Shown: positions 11,124 through 20,692 of the stretch, in pieces | Layout of the letters: each line of letters opens with the position of its first letter | How positions within the stretch are numbered: position 1 is the first letter of the stretch | IMG/VR virus record: IMGVR_UViG_3300020577_007233 | Location: 189,593 to 253,592 of that record | Origin: a virus | Taxonomy: Duplodnaviria; Heunggongvirae; Uroviricota; Caudoviricetes | Strand: one strand, 5' to 3' | DNA: 64,000 bases | The notes under the pieces: model-generated | Databases searched by the model: none | Told to the model about the DNA's origin: nothing | Seen by the model: only the letters and a program-made list of their open reading frames with translations | Made by a program: the position numbers and the translations under genes

Positions 11124-12275
11124 TTAGTTGTTGTTCTTCTCTTCTTTAGTTTTGTCTGCGTAGAATTGAAAGAACGGACTAACAAATGTTTCAAGCTCTT
11201 TTTCGGAATCTGGGTGCTGTCTGCGAATAAAGTCAATCACAGAACAAACCCTATCATCCAGAGGAATCTTTGATGCACCAGCGCCTCGACGACCGCCTCC
11301 GTATTTCTTGCCAAAGATTTTCTGTATGAACTGGTGAACATTTATACTAAGAACGCCGGTCCTGAAAGAGGAAATTAGGTACTTGGGTCTATCAATACCC
11401 TCATCAACAATTCCCATAACCAGAGCGCTGTCGATAGACTCAATCTGAAGCATTTCTTCACAAAGCTTAGCAAGCAAGGCTCTTTGTTGAGCGTTTACAA
11501 AGCCAACATTTGATATGGTCAGATTGTTTCCGCAAACAAAGAAGTTGCTATACGCTCTTCTTCTAAGTTCAAGCAGCGCAAGAGGCTTGGGGTAGTCGTA
11601 AATCTTGCGAAGCAACTCAACATCCATCATTGATCTCAGCAAATCAATCGCTGCTGCATCGTTAGGAGTTGTTCCTTCTGATTTCAAATCTGCGGTATCG
11701 GTTGAAATGCCAAGATAAAGAGCCGTGGCAAGCCCTTTATCAATCCCAATTCCTAAAGTATTGAGCATTTCGAACAGTATTGTCGAACATGAGCCATATT
11801 GCTTGTTTATGTAGTTTGGGCAATCAAGATATGGATTTGAGGTATGATGGTCAATAACAACGTCGGGTTTTCTGTCCTTGTCAAGGAAAGGAAAAGCTCC
11901 TGTGTTGTTTTCTTTTCCAAAGCAACAGCTAGTATCAACAACAACAATCAAGCTTTTCTCAAGATTGCTTTTTATCTGCTGCAATGATTCTTCTTCGTTA
12001 TCTTCATCTATCTCAAGCTTCACTGCTGTTATGTTGAGAACATTCATCATAACACTGTTTTGAGTGTATGGAATTTCTCCGCCGTAATAGATTGTTGACG
12101 TTTTCCCAACAGATTCAACAACCGATTGTACAGCAAGGGCAGACGCCAGGCAATCTGGATCTGGCTGATCGTGACAAATGATAGCAACATTGTCTTTGCC
12201 TTTTTCTTTCAAGGCAGAAATCAATTTTTCAGACAGCTTACTATCAATGACTTGAATACCGTCTTGTTCGCTCAT
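11124..12275 (-). CDS. DHH/DHHA1 phosphoesterase (NrnA-like nanoRNase/pAp phosphatase family)
   Basis: Motifs HDQPDPDCLAS, VVVDTS and VIDHHTS, plus a C-terminal GGGRRGAGAS that fits the DHHA1 GGGH motif. Confidence 0.8.
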   Translation of the reverse strand: MSEQDGIQVIDSKLSEKLISALKEKGKDNVAIICHDQPDPDCLASALAVQSVVESVGKTSTIYYGGEIPYTQNSVMMNVLNITAVKLEIDEDNEEESLQQIKSNLEKSLIVVVDTSCCFGKENNTGAFPFLDKDRKPDVVIDHHTSNPYLDCPNYINKQYGSCSTILFEMLNTLGIGIDKGLATALYLGISTDTADLKSEGTTPNDAAAIDLLRSMMDVELLRKIYDYPKPLALLELRRRAYSNFFVCGNNLTISNVGFVNAQQRALLAKLCEEMLQIESIDSALVMGIVDEGIDRPKYLISSFRTGVLSINVHQFIQKIFGKKYGGGRRGAGASKIPLDDRVCSVIDFIRRQHPDSEKELETFVSPFFQFYADKTKEEKNNN

Positions 12276-12282
12276 AAAAACC

Positions 12283-12954
12283 TCAGGTCAGTTTGTTCAA
12301 CCATTCAAGATGAGTTTTCTTGTTGGGTCGAACCAATCCAATAGCTGCCTCTAAATCCACCCGAGGCCAAAAGGGTGCATCGCCACAATTGATAACAGGA
12401 ATCGGGCATTCACGGCTAACCCAATCCATCGCTGCCAAGAAATTGTCAACAGTTGTTATAGTGTGATTCTTGTTGTTTCCATAGAAATCTGTTTGTCCGT
12501 TTTTGTAGCCACAATCACACCCAAGAAGTATGATTGCCGAAAAGCCCATAGAAACAGCAAGTTGTACAGAAAGAGCAGCGGTTGAGCCTCCTCCGTACAA
12601 GACAGCAGGGTTGTTGCCAAATCTAAAAGAACCATGCTCAAGCGTAAAATGAGTGAACTGGTTTTTGGAGTCTATGGATTCTTTTGTGATTTTTGCGCAT
12701 GGAAGCTTGACGATATCTTCGTAACAGTCTGCGTACAAAGACTCATCCTGCCATATCAGTATCTTGGGAAGAATAACCCTGAATGCTCGATTGATTCCAA
12801 TAGTAAAACAATCCTCGATAAGCTTCAGATTGTTCTCAAGCAAAGATGGACCGTTCCCAACAATAAAAGCAACCTCCCCAGCCATTCGACCGGACCAGGC
12901 GTTGATGGGAAATTTTGATTTTGCTCGAAAAATCATAACAAGAACTGACTCCAA
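12283..12954 (-). CDS. GT42 sialyltransferase / MptE(DUF115)-like protein, paralog 1
   Basis: N-terminal FIVGNGPSL, as in Cst-II IAGNGPSL. Also GINRAF and ILLGCDCG. It is a tandem paralog of the next gene. Confidence 0.5.
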   Translation of the reverse strand: MESVLVMIFRAKSKFPINAWSGRMAGEVAFIVGNGPSLLENNLKLIEDCFTIGINRAFRVILPKILIWQDESLYADCYEDIVKLPCAKITKESIDSKNQFTHFTLEHGSFRFGNNPAVLYGGGSTAALSVQLAVSMGFSAIILLGCDCGYKNGQTDFYGNNKNHTITTVDNFLAAMDWVSRECPIPVINCGDAPFWPRVDLEAAIGLVRPNKKTHLEWLNKLT

Positions 12955-13622
12955 TACTCCCTTGGCTGCTTATGTTTGTTATCTATTGTTGATAGTACGC
13001 TGTCGAGATTTTCTCTATCAAAGACGGCATTATCTGAACAACTTACTATTCGACGTACCCCTTTGTCGTGAATCTCGCTTTTGATCCAAATCAAACCTGC
13101 CAAGCAGTTATCCATTGTTTTGTTGTTATGAAACTTGTTTTTGCCATAGAAGTCGGTGTCTTCTCCTCTTGGGCGACAGTCGCAACCAAGAAGAATAATA
13201 GGGTCGCAACCTAGAACATACGCAAGCTGAACAGCAAGCGGCGAGCTTGCTCCGCTTCCGCAAAGAATTGTAGAATCTGATGGCAAATCAAATTTACCAG
13301 CCTTTATCTTGTATCTTAGAAATCTGTTTTCTGGATCTCCGTGAGATGTGCTGAACTTGATGGCTTTAGTTTCCAGTAGTTTTCTTCGCTCGGTAAACCA
13401 AAGACTTGCATCTTGCCAAAGAAGAATGGTTGAATCAAGCTTATAGAACGAGCGATTTATTCCAATAGTGAAGTAATTGGACAAAGGGGCAATGTCTTCG
13501 TCGTTTAAGGAAGGTCCGTTGCCCAGTATGAATACCGGAACACCGAGCAATCTATCCTTCCACTTTCGGACATCGCCCCTTTGTCTTACAGATGAATACC
13601 TGATTCTTTTGACTGTCATCAA
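12933..13622 (-). CDS. GT42 sialyltransferase / MptE(DUF115)-like protein, paralog 2
   Basis: FILGNGPSL, GINRSF and ILLGCDC. Collinear similarity to 12283..12954, which it overlaps by 22 nt. Confidence 0.5.
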   Translation of the reverse strand: MMTVKRIRYSSVRQRGDVRKWKDRLLGVPVFILGNGPSLNDEDIAPLSNYFTIGINRSFYKLDSTILLWQDASLWFTERRKLLETKAIKFSTSHGDPENRFLRYKIKAGKFDLPSDSTILCGSGASSPLAVQLAYVLGCDPIILLGCDCRPRGEDTDFYGKNKFHNNKTMDNCLAGLIWIKSEIHDKGVRRIVSCSDNAVFDRENLDSVLSTIDNKHKQPREYWSQFLL

Positions 13623-14233
13623 GCTGGCTCTCCAAATGGATTACCGTCAACCTTGATGAACTTTGACCATGAAGGAGGAACCGCAGAAGAAGCAAGTCTA
13701 GCAAATCTTGCATAGACAGGATTCCACTTTGGTCTCTCAGGCTTCTTCAAAAGCTTGAGACCTGCTTCGTCAGGAGTTCTGTCTGCCTTCTTTGCGTTGA
13801 TGTCAAGGCAGCACATGACAAGGTTCTCCCAGGTAGAGCCTCCGCCCTTTGACCTTGGGATAACGTGGTCCATTGTTGCAGTATCCATAGTGATTCTCTT
13901 ACCCGTGTACTGACACGTGTAATTGTCTCGAATCAACAGGTTTCTACGGCTGAGCTTTACTTCCCTTTGAGGAAGCTTCTCGTATTCCTGCAACACAATG
14001 ATTTCAGGAACTCTAACCTTCGAATGAGAAGTCGAGATAAAAAGATCTCCCTCCTTTACAGAAAGGTTCATCCAGTCCTCAAAGGTGTAAAGCTGATAGT
14101 CGTCTGGATCAACAATGCGTGCAAGATCGCTCATCACCTTAGTAATCGCCTTCTTGACAGGCATGATTGAAATAGGCGTCCAGCCCTTATTCAGGACCAG
14201 CGTTGGGAGAGTGATTGTTGATCGCTGCTTCAT
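13619..14233 (-). CDS. HNH endonuclease
   Basis: C-terminal H-N-H signature: TMDHVIPRSKGGGSTWENLVMCCLDINAKKADRTP. Confidence 0.75.
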   Translation of the reverse strand: MKQRSTITLPTLVLNKGWTPISIMPVKKAITKVMSDLARIVDPDDYQLYTFEDWMNLSVKEGDLFISTSHSKVRVPEIIVLQEYEKLPQREVKLSRRNLLIRDNYTCQYTGKRITMDTATMDHVIPRSKGGGSTWENLVMCCLDINAKKADRTPDEAGLKLLKKPERPKWNPVYARFARLASSAVPPSWSKFIKVDGNPFGEPA

Positions 14234-14765
14234 TTGTTACTTCTGCTTTTATGCTCAGGTTATCAAGAAAGGCCTTGATAAACTCTTCGCTTGTGTCTAT
14301 GACCGTTATTTCGATTTGTGCATCGTAATCCTGAGAAATGTGAGCCATTCTCTTCGCTACTTCTTGCTTGCTAAGTCTTCCTATTCCACATCCTAAACCA
14401 CCAAACGCAATTGACTTCTGACCTGTAGAAACCGCTGTATCAAGAACCTTTCGAAGCAGATTCCCTATCGTGCCTAAAGAAGTATGACCTCCTGGGAACT
14501 TCATAGTTACTGCGTGATAGACAAGGTTTACACCTCTACGCTTCAGTAATCCTGCGTCTGAAACGTATAGATCGCCCGCTTCGTATGGACCACCCTCATC
14601 AACCACCTTCTTGACGTTCGCTCTCAGCAAATCTCCACCAGAACGAGCAATAGCTCCCGCTACGCCAGCGCCCATGACGCCAATACCATTGGCCGCGTTG
14701 ACAATAACATCAATGTTTTCGACCTTGGTAATGTCGCCTTGGATGACTTTCATGGATGCTCTCAA
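14187..14765 (-). CDS. Macro domain protein (ADP-ribose binding/processing)
   Basis: VIQGDITKVENIDVIVNAANGIGVMGAGVAGAI with SIAFGGLGCGIG match the macro-domain signature. Confidence 0.8.
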   Translation of the reverse strand: MRASMKVIQGDITKVENIDVIVNAANGIGVMGAGVAGAIARSGGDLLRANVKKVVDEGGPYEAGDLYVSDAGLLKRRGVNLVYHAVTMKFPGGHTSLGTIGNLLRKVLDTAVSTGQKSIAFGGLGCGIGRLSKQEVAKRMAHISQDYDAQIEITVIDTSEEFIKAFLDNLSIKAEVTNEAAINNHSPNAGPE

Positions 14766-14781
14766 ATAGGGGAAACAACTT

Positions 14782-15636
14782 TCACGACTGAAGTATAGCC
14801 TCCAAATCGCTCATGTACGAGGGATTGAGTGCCACTTTTTTCTGCAAACGCTCAAGAATCTTTGCATGCATTTGGCTTATTCTGGATTCAGAATAACCAG
14901 TCTTTTCTGCAATCTCTTTCATGGTCATATTTTCGTAATAGTGCATGTGAACGATTTTGCGCTCAAGAGGAATGAAATTCCTTCCCATCAACTTCTTGAA
15001 CATCTCTTCTTTGACAACGCTACCGAGAGGCTGCTCTTCGCTAGACTCATAGCTCTCAATCTGAAGTTCTTCACCGTCTTCTTTACCTGAAGAATTGCTG
15101 TAGATGCTCACACAAGAAACAGGATTAGCCTTTGCCTCTATCTCCGTAAACTCTTCCAGCGTCATGCCAAGATGGTTAGCCATCTCTTCGGAAGTTGGAA
15201 TTCTTCCAAGATCGCACTCTAAGGCATGGCGAGCCTTTTGCAGCTTGTTGTGTCTTTGTCTAACAAGACGAGGAACCCAGTCAACCTGTCGAATGTTGTC
15301 AAGTATAGAACCCTTGATTCTATGAATTGCAAAGGTTTCAAACTTATTCTCAAGGGTTGGATCGAAACGATCAATAGCATGAAACAGACCGTCAGTTCCC
15401 CATGCAACCAGGTCGTCGATATCAACCTCTCTAATCTTCTTGTGCATCCTGTCAGCCACCTTGCTAACAAGTGGGTAGTACAGTTCGAGTAGTGAGTTTC
15501 TGGCTTTCTCGTAGTCTTTTTGTGACTTCTTGTAATCTTCAGTTTCTTTCACAGAATCAGAGGCGTTTTTGTCAAACTTGTTTCTAATCTCGACGAAGTT
15601 ATTCCACTTCGTCTTGAGTGCTTCGTTACTTATCAT
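14782..15636 (-). CDS. Sigma-70 family sigma factor (FliA/sigma-28-like)
   Basis: Region 2 (DLVAWGTDGLFHAIDRFDP...FETFAIHRIKGSI) and region 4 helix-turn-helix (TMKEIAEKTGYSESRISQMHAKILERL). Confidence 0.8.
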   Translation of the reverse strand: MISNEALKTKWNNFVEIRNKFDKNASDSVKETEDYKKSQKDYEKARNSLLELYYPLVSKVADRMHKKIREVDIDDLVAWGTDGLFHAIDRFDPTLENKFETFAIHRIKGSILDNIRQVDWVPRLVRQRHNKLQKARHALECDLGRIPTSEEMANHLGMTLEEFTEIEAKANPVSCVSIYSNSSGKEDGEELQIESYESSEEQPLGSVVKEEMFKKLMGRNFIPLERKIVHMHYYENMTMKEIAEKTGYSESRISQMHAKILERLQKKVALNPSYMSDLEAILQS

Positions 15637-15704
15637 TCTAACGTCCTTTCTTGTTTCAACCGCTTAAGTATACAACGTTTGCGCTACACTATATTGCTTT
15701 GATT

Positions 15705-16769
15705 TCAACCCAATATCGTCTTGGGAGAGGCAGTCGCCACAGGAACCGTAGCGGTTACTACTACGGGTGCAGAAGGAACCGTCGCTGTGGAAGACGGATT
15801 TACTAGTGCGGGAACTTGAATTATAGAGGGCGATGGAGCTAAGCCATAACCTCTCTTGGTTTTATCAAGTGAACGAACTCTGTTCACAAGTTGCATTGTG
15901 GCACCAGACTGAATCTGGTGAGCAACGCCTGGCTCGACTGCGTTACCAAATATCTTCTCTCTAACGGTTGGAGGAAGATAGGTCTTAGCAACTTCACCAG
16001 TATGAACAAGTTCCTTGACGGCTGTATCCCTGTTCTTGATCTGAAAGAATACATAAACAACGGCTCCTAGGAAACCTAAGCCAAGGACGGCCAAAGCAAC
16101 CCAAGCAATCTGTTGTAGGTAAAGAGTTACAGCAACAGCTATACCCATAGTCGCAACGCAACCGGCGGCAACCATAAAGGCTGCTGGTGTCTTGAAAAAG
16201 AAGCCTATAACCAAGCTAGCTCCTATACCTATAACACAAACTACAACAATCCATGACAGCATAGTTCTCAACATCTTCGCATTGGAAGATTCCAATTCTT
16301 TGATCTTATCTTGGAGCTTTTGCCTCTGAGTTTCTGATTCTTTGGCAAAGGCGGTATAGTTCTGAATCTTTTGTTGCTGCTCTAGTAACTGTGTTTGTGT
16401 ATCTTTGAGTTTCTGTTCGACAGCAATAAGAGTGGCCGAATCTTCTCTTAAACCTTTCGTTTCTGTTCTTATGCCCGAGATTTCGGGGCCAAAAACTTCC
16501 TTGGTTTCAGGTGGAGCTTTGGTTTCGATGTTCGTTGTATGCTCATCAATTTTTTCGGCTCTAGTTGCTACATCCTTTCCTGTTTCACCAACGGTCTTGG
16601 CCGCTTCACCAACCTTCTCTCCTTCCTTCAATACGGTTGGAGTTTCAGGTGGGGTTTTTGTTGAACTTGTGTTGTCACCAGAACTTGTGCATGATGTGAT
16701 AACAAAACTCCAACTCATAACAGTCAAAAAGATTGCTATGCCCCAAAAAAGCTTACTTGCGTTCGTCAT
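15705..16769 (-). CDS. Membrane protein with N-terminal signal/lipoprotein-like segment, coiled coil and several TM helices
   Basis: Hydrophobic N-terminus ending ...VITSC. A Q/E/K-rich coiled coil is followed by three or four hydrophobic segments. Confidence 0.5.
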   Translation of the reverse strand: MTNASKLFWGIAIFLTVMSWSFVITSCTSSGDNTSSTKTPPETPTVLKEGEKVGEAAKTVGETGKDVATRAEKIDEHTTNIETKAPPETKEVFGPEISGIRTETKGLREDSATLIAVEQKLKDTQTQLLEQQQKIQNYTAFAKESETQRQKLQDKIKELESSNAKMLRTMLSWIVVVCVIGIGASLVIGFFFKTPAAFMVAAGCVATMGIAVAVTLYLQQIAWVALAVLGLGFLGAVVYVFFQIKNRDTAVKELVHTGEVAKTYLPPTVREKIFGNAVEPGVAHQIQSGATMQLVNRVRSLDKTKRGYGLAPSPSIIQVPALVNPSSTATVPSAPVVVTATVPVATASPKTILG

Positions 16770-16974
16770 TTTCTTCTCCTAATATGCTGTTTATAGTGAC
16801 TTGGATTTCTTCAGACGTAAATGATCGATATGAGTAGGCAACGTAGAATCCATTCTCTATTTTCAGCGTTTTGGCATGAAATCCTACCTCACAGAGCTTT
16901 TCTTTGTACAGCATAGCGTACCGCTCGTTCCAATCACAACCAAGTCCTGCTATCTTAATTGGAGGGGTTTTCAT
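16753..16974 (-). CDS. Hypothetical small protein
   Basis: 73-aa ORF packed tightly in the minus-strand operon. Confidence 0.35.
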   Translation of the reverse strand: MKTPPIKIAGLGCDWNERYAMLYKEKLCEVGFHAKTLKIENGFYVAYSYRSFTSEEIQVTINSILGEENDERK

Positions 16975-17293
16975 GATTACGAGAATTGTCTAAGGCGTTC
17001 AAAAATTCTATAACAACCCATGTAACACCTAGGGCTATTACTCCGGTAAAAGGCCATAGGAACAACTTCGTAATCCAAATATTCAAACAGACTTCGCCTA
17101 TTAGCGTTGTCCAAAAACTAGCGCAAACCGTACATTCTAATAACTCAGGCAGTTTCTTATATATTTTGCCAAATAGGAATTTGAGAGGCCTTGTGATAAG
17201 ACTTACAGGCCAATCGTCGCCCTTTTCTACTAGCAATACGGCCAAAGAGCAACCAAACAAGACTGAAAATATCAAGTGAATCAAGAGTTCCAA
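16955..17293 (-). CDS. Small membrane protein (holin candidate)
   Basis: 112 aa with two or three hydrophobic helices, lying close to the lysozyme-like gene. Confidence 0.4.
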   Translation of the reverse strand: MELLIHLIFSVLFGCSLAVLLVEKGDDWPVSLITRPLKFLFGKIYKKLPELLECTVCASFWTTLIGEVCLNIWITKLFLWPFTGVIALGVTWVVIEFLNALDNSRNHENPSN

Positions 17294-17517
17294 AAGTCAA
17301 CCTCCGGAAAATCGAATATGTACCTGTATTCGTTCAGATACCTAAGAATCTCATCAAAGCCGTTTATCTGCCTGGTCTTCTGGATCGACTGTAACACAAA
17401 AAAGTAATCATCAGAAATGACGAAATCATGCTTTATGTCCCTGCTTATCAGCAAATAGGATATCCTATTGCCTCTCGGCGAAACATCTCCGTAAAAAATG
17501 GAGACATATTGAGTCAT
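17281..17517 (-). CDS. Hypothetical protein
   Basis: 78-aa ORF whose start overlaps the previous gene's stop. Confidence 0.35.
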   Translation of the reverse strand: MTQYVSIFYGDVSPRGNRISYLLISRDIKHDFVISDDYFFVLQSIQKTRQINGFDEILRYLNEYRYIFDFPEVDFWNS

Positions 17518-17518
17518 A

Positions 17519-17911
17519 TCACTTTTTCTTAGTTCGTCTGTCCTTCTTTTCCTCTGAATCTAGCTTTTCTTTTTCTTTACTTGCCCGTTCTAGGGCTGAC
17601 TGAATAATCTGCCATTTACCCTTTTGGTCTTGTTTTACATACGAATCCGAAACGGTAACATTGCTGGCGTGTTTGCTCAAATGCATTGCAATTAGAACAA
17701 TGTAGAGCCATTTACTGTCTGGATCTGTTACTTTGTACTTTTCAATAAAACCCCAATCAGCCAATTCGTTGTAAATTTCAAGAGTTTTGCCCGAAATAGC
17801 CCTGTCGGGACGAGTACAAGCCTGGAATATTTCGTCAAACGTTTGAACAGCCTCTTCAACAACTTGCATTTTTGGGGTCATTGTAATCTTCATTTTAAGT
17901 CTCCTGGACAA
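17519..17911 (-). CDS. Hypothetical protein, K/E-rich C-terminus
   Basis: 130-aa ORF. Confidence 0.45.
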   Translation of the reverse strand: MSRRLKMKITMTPKMQVVEEAVQTFDEIFQACTRPDRAISGKTLEIYNELADWGFIEKYKVTDPDSKWLYIVLIAMHLSKHASNVTVSDSYVKQDQKGKWQIIQSALERASKEKEKLDSEEKKDRRTKKK

Positions 17912-17976
17912 TAGAGGATATCGTCATTTTCTGTTCGATATAGTAGTAGATTGTTTCACTAAGAGGAACTGGCTAA

Positions 17977-18708
17977 ATGAAAAACGGATGGTACTACAGG
18001 GCCGCTAAAAACGACATAGCTCTTGCAAAAGAAGCTATCAACTGGAAAGATGTAAGAAAAGGACTTGGCTGGGGAGCAGGTCTTGGGGCTGTCCCTCTCG
18101 CTGTCGGTCTTATGACAGGGCCTCACGGCAAACCTCAAGTAGAGCAACCTCAAAAACCAGCAATCACTCAGCAAATGCCAGCAAATATGCCAAAGCAGCC
18201 AGTCACAACACCTTCTCCAAAAACTGAACAGCCAAAGCCTCAGCCAGCAAAAGCTGAGCAACCAAAACCTCAGCCACAAACTGCTACAAAGACTCAACCA
18301 ACAAAGGCTAGCCCAACAAAGAATCATGCTGACCTAGACAGGATTATGAACGTTATCCACCAACTAGAATCCAATGGCGGAATAAACGCAAAAGCTCGAT
18401 TTGAGCCTGAGTTTCTTGAAAACTACGGCGACAAAGGACTTATGCCTACCTTAAGAAAAAGATATGGAGACAAAGCGGCAGCAAGCAGCTATGGTCCCTA
18501 TCAAGTAATGCTTTTGAAGGCATGGGAAATGGGTTTTAGAGTGTCACCAGAAGAACTCGCAGATCCAGAAACCAATAGAAAGGTTGCTGAAAGCATTGTT
18601 GTTCGTTATCTCGACAAGGGATATAAGCCTTGGCAGGTGTTCAAAAGATATAATGGCGGCGACGAGTACGCAGACAGAGCCATTAATCTCTTAGAAGAAT
18701 CTAAGTAG
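17977..18708 (+). CDS. Lysozyme-like / lytic transglycosylase-like protein with N-terminal TM anchor and Pro-rich linker (endolysin candidate)
   Basis: An N-terminal TM (GLGWGAGLGAVPLAVGLMTG) and a PQP-rich linker precede a C-terminal domain containing QLESNGG...SYGPYQVM, which resembles the GH23 ES...GLMQ motif. The overlapping minus ORF 17959..18327 is treated as spurious. Confidence 0.5.
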   Translation: MKNGWYYRAAKNDIALAKEAINWKDVRKGLGWGAGLGAVPLAVGLMTGPHGKPQVEQPQKPAITQQMPANMPKQPVTTPSPKTEQPKPQPAKAEQPKPQPQTATKTQPTKASPTKNHADLDRIMNVIHQLESNGGINAKARFEPEFLENYGDKGLMPTLRKRYGDKAAASSYGPYQVMLLKAWEMGFRVSPEELADPETNRKVAESIVVRYLDKGYKPWQVFKRYNGGDEYADRAINLLEESK

Positions 18709-19282
18709 TCTTTTCTGGTGGTATTAGATCCCTACCAATTGAAAGATACACAGATTGAGCAATCTTAACTGTTGCTGTTGCATCGCTAAGGCCTCGATGA
18801 AGCTTGTCGGCAAAGACAATACCTTCTCTTACTAAGACTTCTTTTACAGAAAGCTTATCTGCCTTTTCGCAGTTTCTCTCAACAAAGTAAATGTCTTTGA
18901 GATTGCGATGTTCTCCAAAAGGAAGAACAACGTTATTGCGAAAGCAATCTCCCTTTAGGCATTTTAGATCCCAACTGCCCCAAGTAAACCAAACAACTTC
19001 TTTAGTTGTTAAGTTGAACTTATCCAAATACCATTTATGGAACGATTCTATTACTTCAGCCAAGTATGGAGCGCCATCGACATCTGACTGCTTAATTGTA
19101 GTAAGCCTTCTGCAATAGGAAGATAGTTTTGTGTTTATCTTTGGCCTAACAAAGCTTGTCCAACTATCGAGAATGTTATAGTTGTCATCAGCAACAACAA
19201 TGCCAATGTCTATGATTTCATTTAGGTCGGGTACTTTTGGTATCTCCCAACATGTGGCTTCTAAATCTACAATTAGCTTCAT
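18701..19282 (-). CDS. DEDDh 3'-5' exonuclease (ERI-1/3'hExo-like)
   Basis: Motifs LIVDLEATCWE and HRGLSDA. The start is taken at internal Met (MKLIVDLEAT), so the gene abuts the ThyX stop. Confidence 0.65.
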   Translation of the reverse strand: MKLIVDLEATCWEIPKVPDLNEIIDIGIVVADDNYNILDSWTSFVRPKINTKLSSYCRRLTTIKQSDVDGAPYLAEVIESFHKWYLDKFNLTTKEVVWFTWGSWDLKCLKGDCFRNNVVLPFGEHRNLKDIYFVERNCEKADKLSVKEVLVREGIVFADKLHRGLSDATATVKIAQSVYLSIGRDLIPPEKTT

Positions 19283-19283
19283 G

Positions 19284-20210
19284 TCATATTCTATCGTTTG
19301 GTAGTAGTTTACTAAGAGTTGCTGCAAACTCTTTTTTCTTTCGCTCGCTCCACTTGTTTTCTGTCGCAATGAGGTCAAGTCGCATCAAAACGTCATGAGG
19401 GTTGATCGTTAGAATCTTCTGCATTGTCTCAATCTCATCGCCAGAGAATGTTACAGATTTCATCCTGTGATTTTCGAAAGCCTCTGTTGCAAGAGGAGCC
19501 AGAGATCTGCATGTTTCTAACATCTTTTCGGCAAAAACTCGGATTTCATATTGAGCGTGAGAGTCAGCCCTCAACGACAAGAAGTGAAACAGATTGTGCA
19601 AGTCAATCTTCCAATACCACTCTGTGTAAAAGTTGACAGAAAGAAGAGTTCTTGCAATCTCTCTTGAAACGCCCTTCCTTAAGAAACTCTCGTATTCATT
19701 ATGAGATTCCCTAGAATTATTGCTAAGTAGTTCAACAAATTCTCTTCTTACCGCTTCGTCAAGTTCTCCGTCAGAAGCCTGCTTGTTAAGTTTGCTCTGC
19801 CCAAGGACTTTAGCGGTATCAGGAATGTAGGCTATTTCAGGCACTTCCGAATATCTTGCGGAATACTCGTTGACGCTAGCTGTTCTATGACGAATCCACT
19901 GTCTTGCAACAAACATAGGCATTCGACAATGGAATTTCATTTCAACCATTTCAAATGGAGTTGTATGCCTATGCTTCATCAAGTAATTGATGAGACCCTT
20001 ATTCTCGTTAACTGTCTTTGTTCCCTTACCATAGCTTACTCTAGCTGCTTGAGCTATAGCATCATCTGCTGATATAGAATGAGGGTCCGTAGGGCTTGGC
20101 ATTGCGTCTACGAGACGAACAAAACCATAATCCAAAACCTTATGAACATCAAAGGCTGGATGCGGCTTTTCTTGATCTGGATACAGAACTAATGTTTTGG
20201 TTGCTTCCAT
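19284..20210 (-). CDS. thyX: Flavin-dependent thymidylate synthase ThyX
   Basis: ThyX signature RHRTASVNEYSARYS (RHRxxSxxxxSxRY). Confidence 0.9.
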   Translation of the reverse strand: MEATKTLVLYPDQEKPHPAFDVHKVLDYGFVRLVDAMPSPTDPHSISADDAIAQAARVSYGKGTKTVNENKGLINYLMKHRHTTPFEMVEMKFHCRMPMFVARQWIRHRTASVNEYSARYSEVPEIAYIPDTAKVLGQSKLNKQASDGELDEAVRREFVELLSNNSRESHNEYESFLRKGVSREIARTLLSVNFYTEWYWKIDLHNLFHFLSLRADSHAQYEIRVFAEKMLETCRSLAPLATEAFENHRMKSVTFSGDEIETMQKILTINPHDVLMRLDLIATENKWSERKKKEFAATLSKLLPNDRI

Positions 20211-20260
20211 CTATCTTCCTCGACAAAAGAGTATGGATGGAATTCGACTAAATTGAGGGT

Positions 20261-20617
20261 TTAATCGCCATCTTCACGACCCGTAGCCGTAATGTATTGT
20301 ATCGCTTGGCTACACAGATTAGACGTTTTGTTGGAAACAAATGAAAACTGCTCGGAAATAGAGTCTCTCCGAGCAAGCCACTTCTTTGTTATTTCGCCCT
20401 GCTTGCAGTGGTTTTCGATAAAAGAAGATATACGATTCCTAGTTACTCGTATGTCTCTTTCAATCTCAAGCATCTGATTAATGTGCTTAGACGTTTCTGT
20501 AGAGGTAGGCTTTTCAGCTAATTGCTCTTTGAGCAGCGAAACGGCACTCTGGGCCTTATCCAAATGCCTTTGGTGTCTCTCGAAAGCCGAAGCGATAGCC
20601 TTCCAATTCGTTGCCAT
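20261..20617 (-). CDS. Hypothetical protein
   Basis: The ORF is trimmed to Met43, which has an AAGG RBS, to avoid overlapping the divergent plus-strand gene. Confidence 0.4.
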   Translation of the reverse strand: MATNWKAIASAFERHQRHLDKAQSAVSLLKEQLAEKPTSTETSKHINQMLEIERDIRVTRNRISSFIENHCKQGEITKKWLARRDSISEQFSFVSNKTSNLCSQAIQYITATGREDGD

Positions 20618-20692
20618 GTATGACCTTACTTCGACTACTACTTGCATATTTAGAGCCGATTTCACCAAACCCCAAACTACTTGTAGATACAA

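Noticed and set aside
17959-18327. The 122-aa minus-strand Cys/Trp/Leu-rich ORF.
   Set aside because: It is antisense to the plus-strand lysozyme-like gene. Its composition is what the reverse complement of a Pro/Gln-rich coding region would produce.
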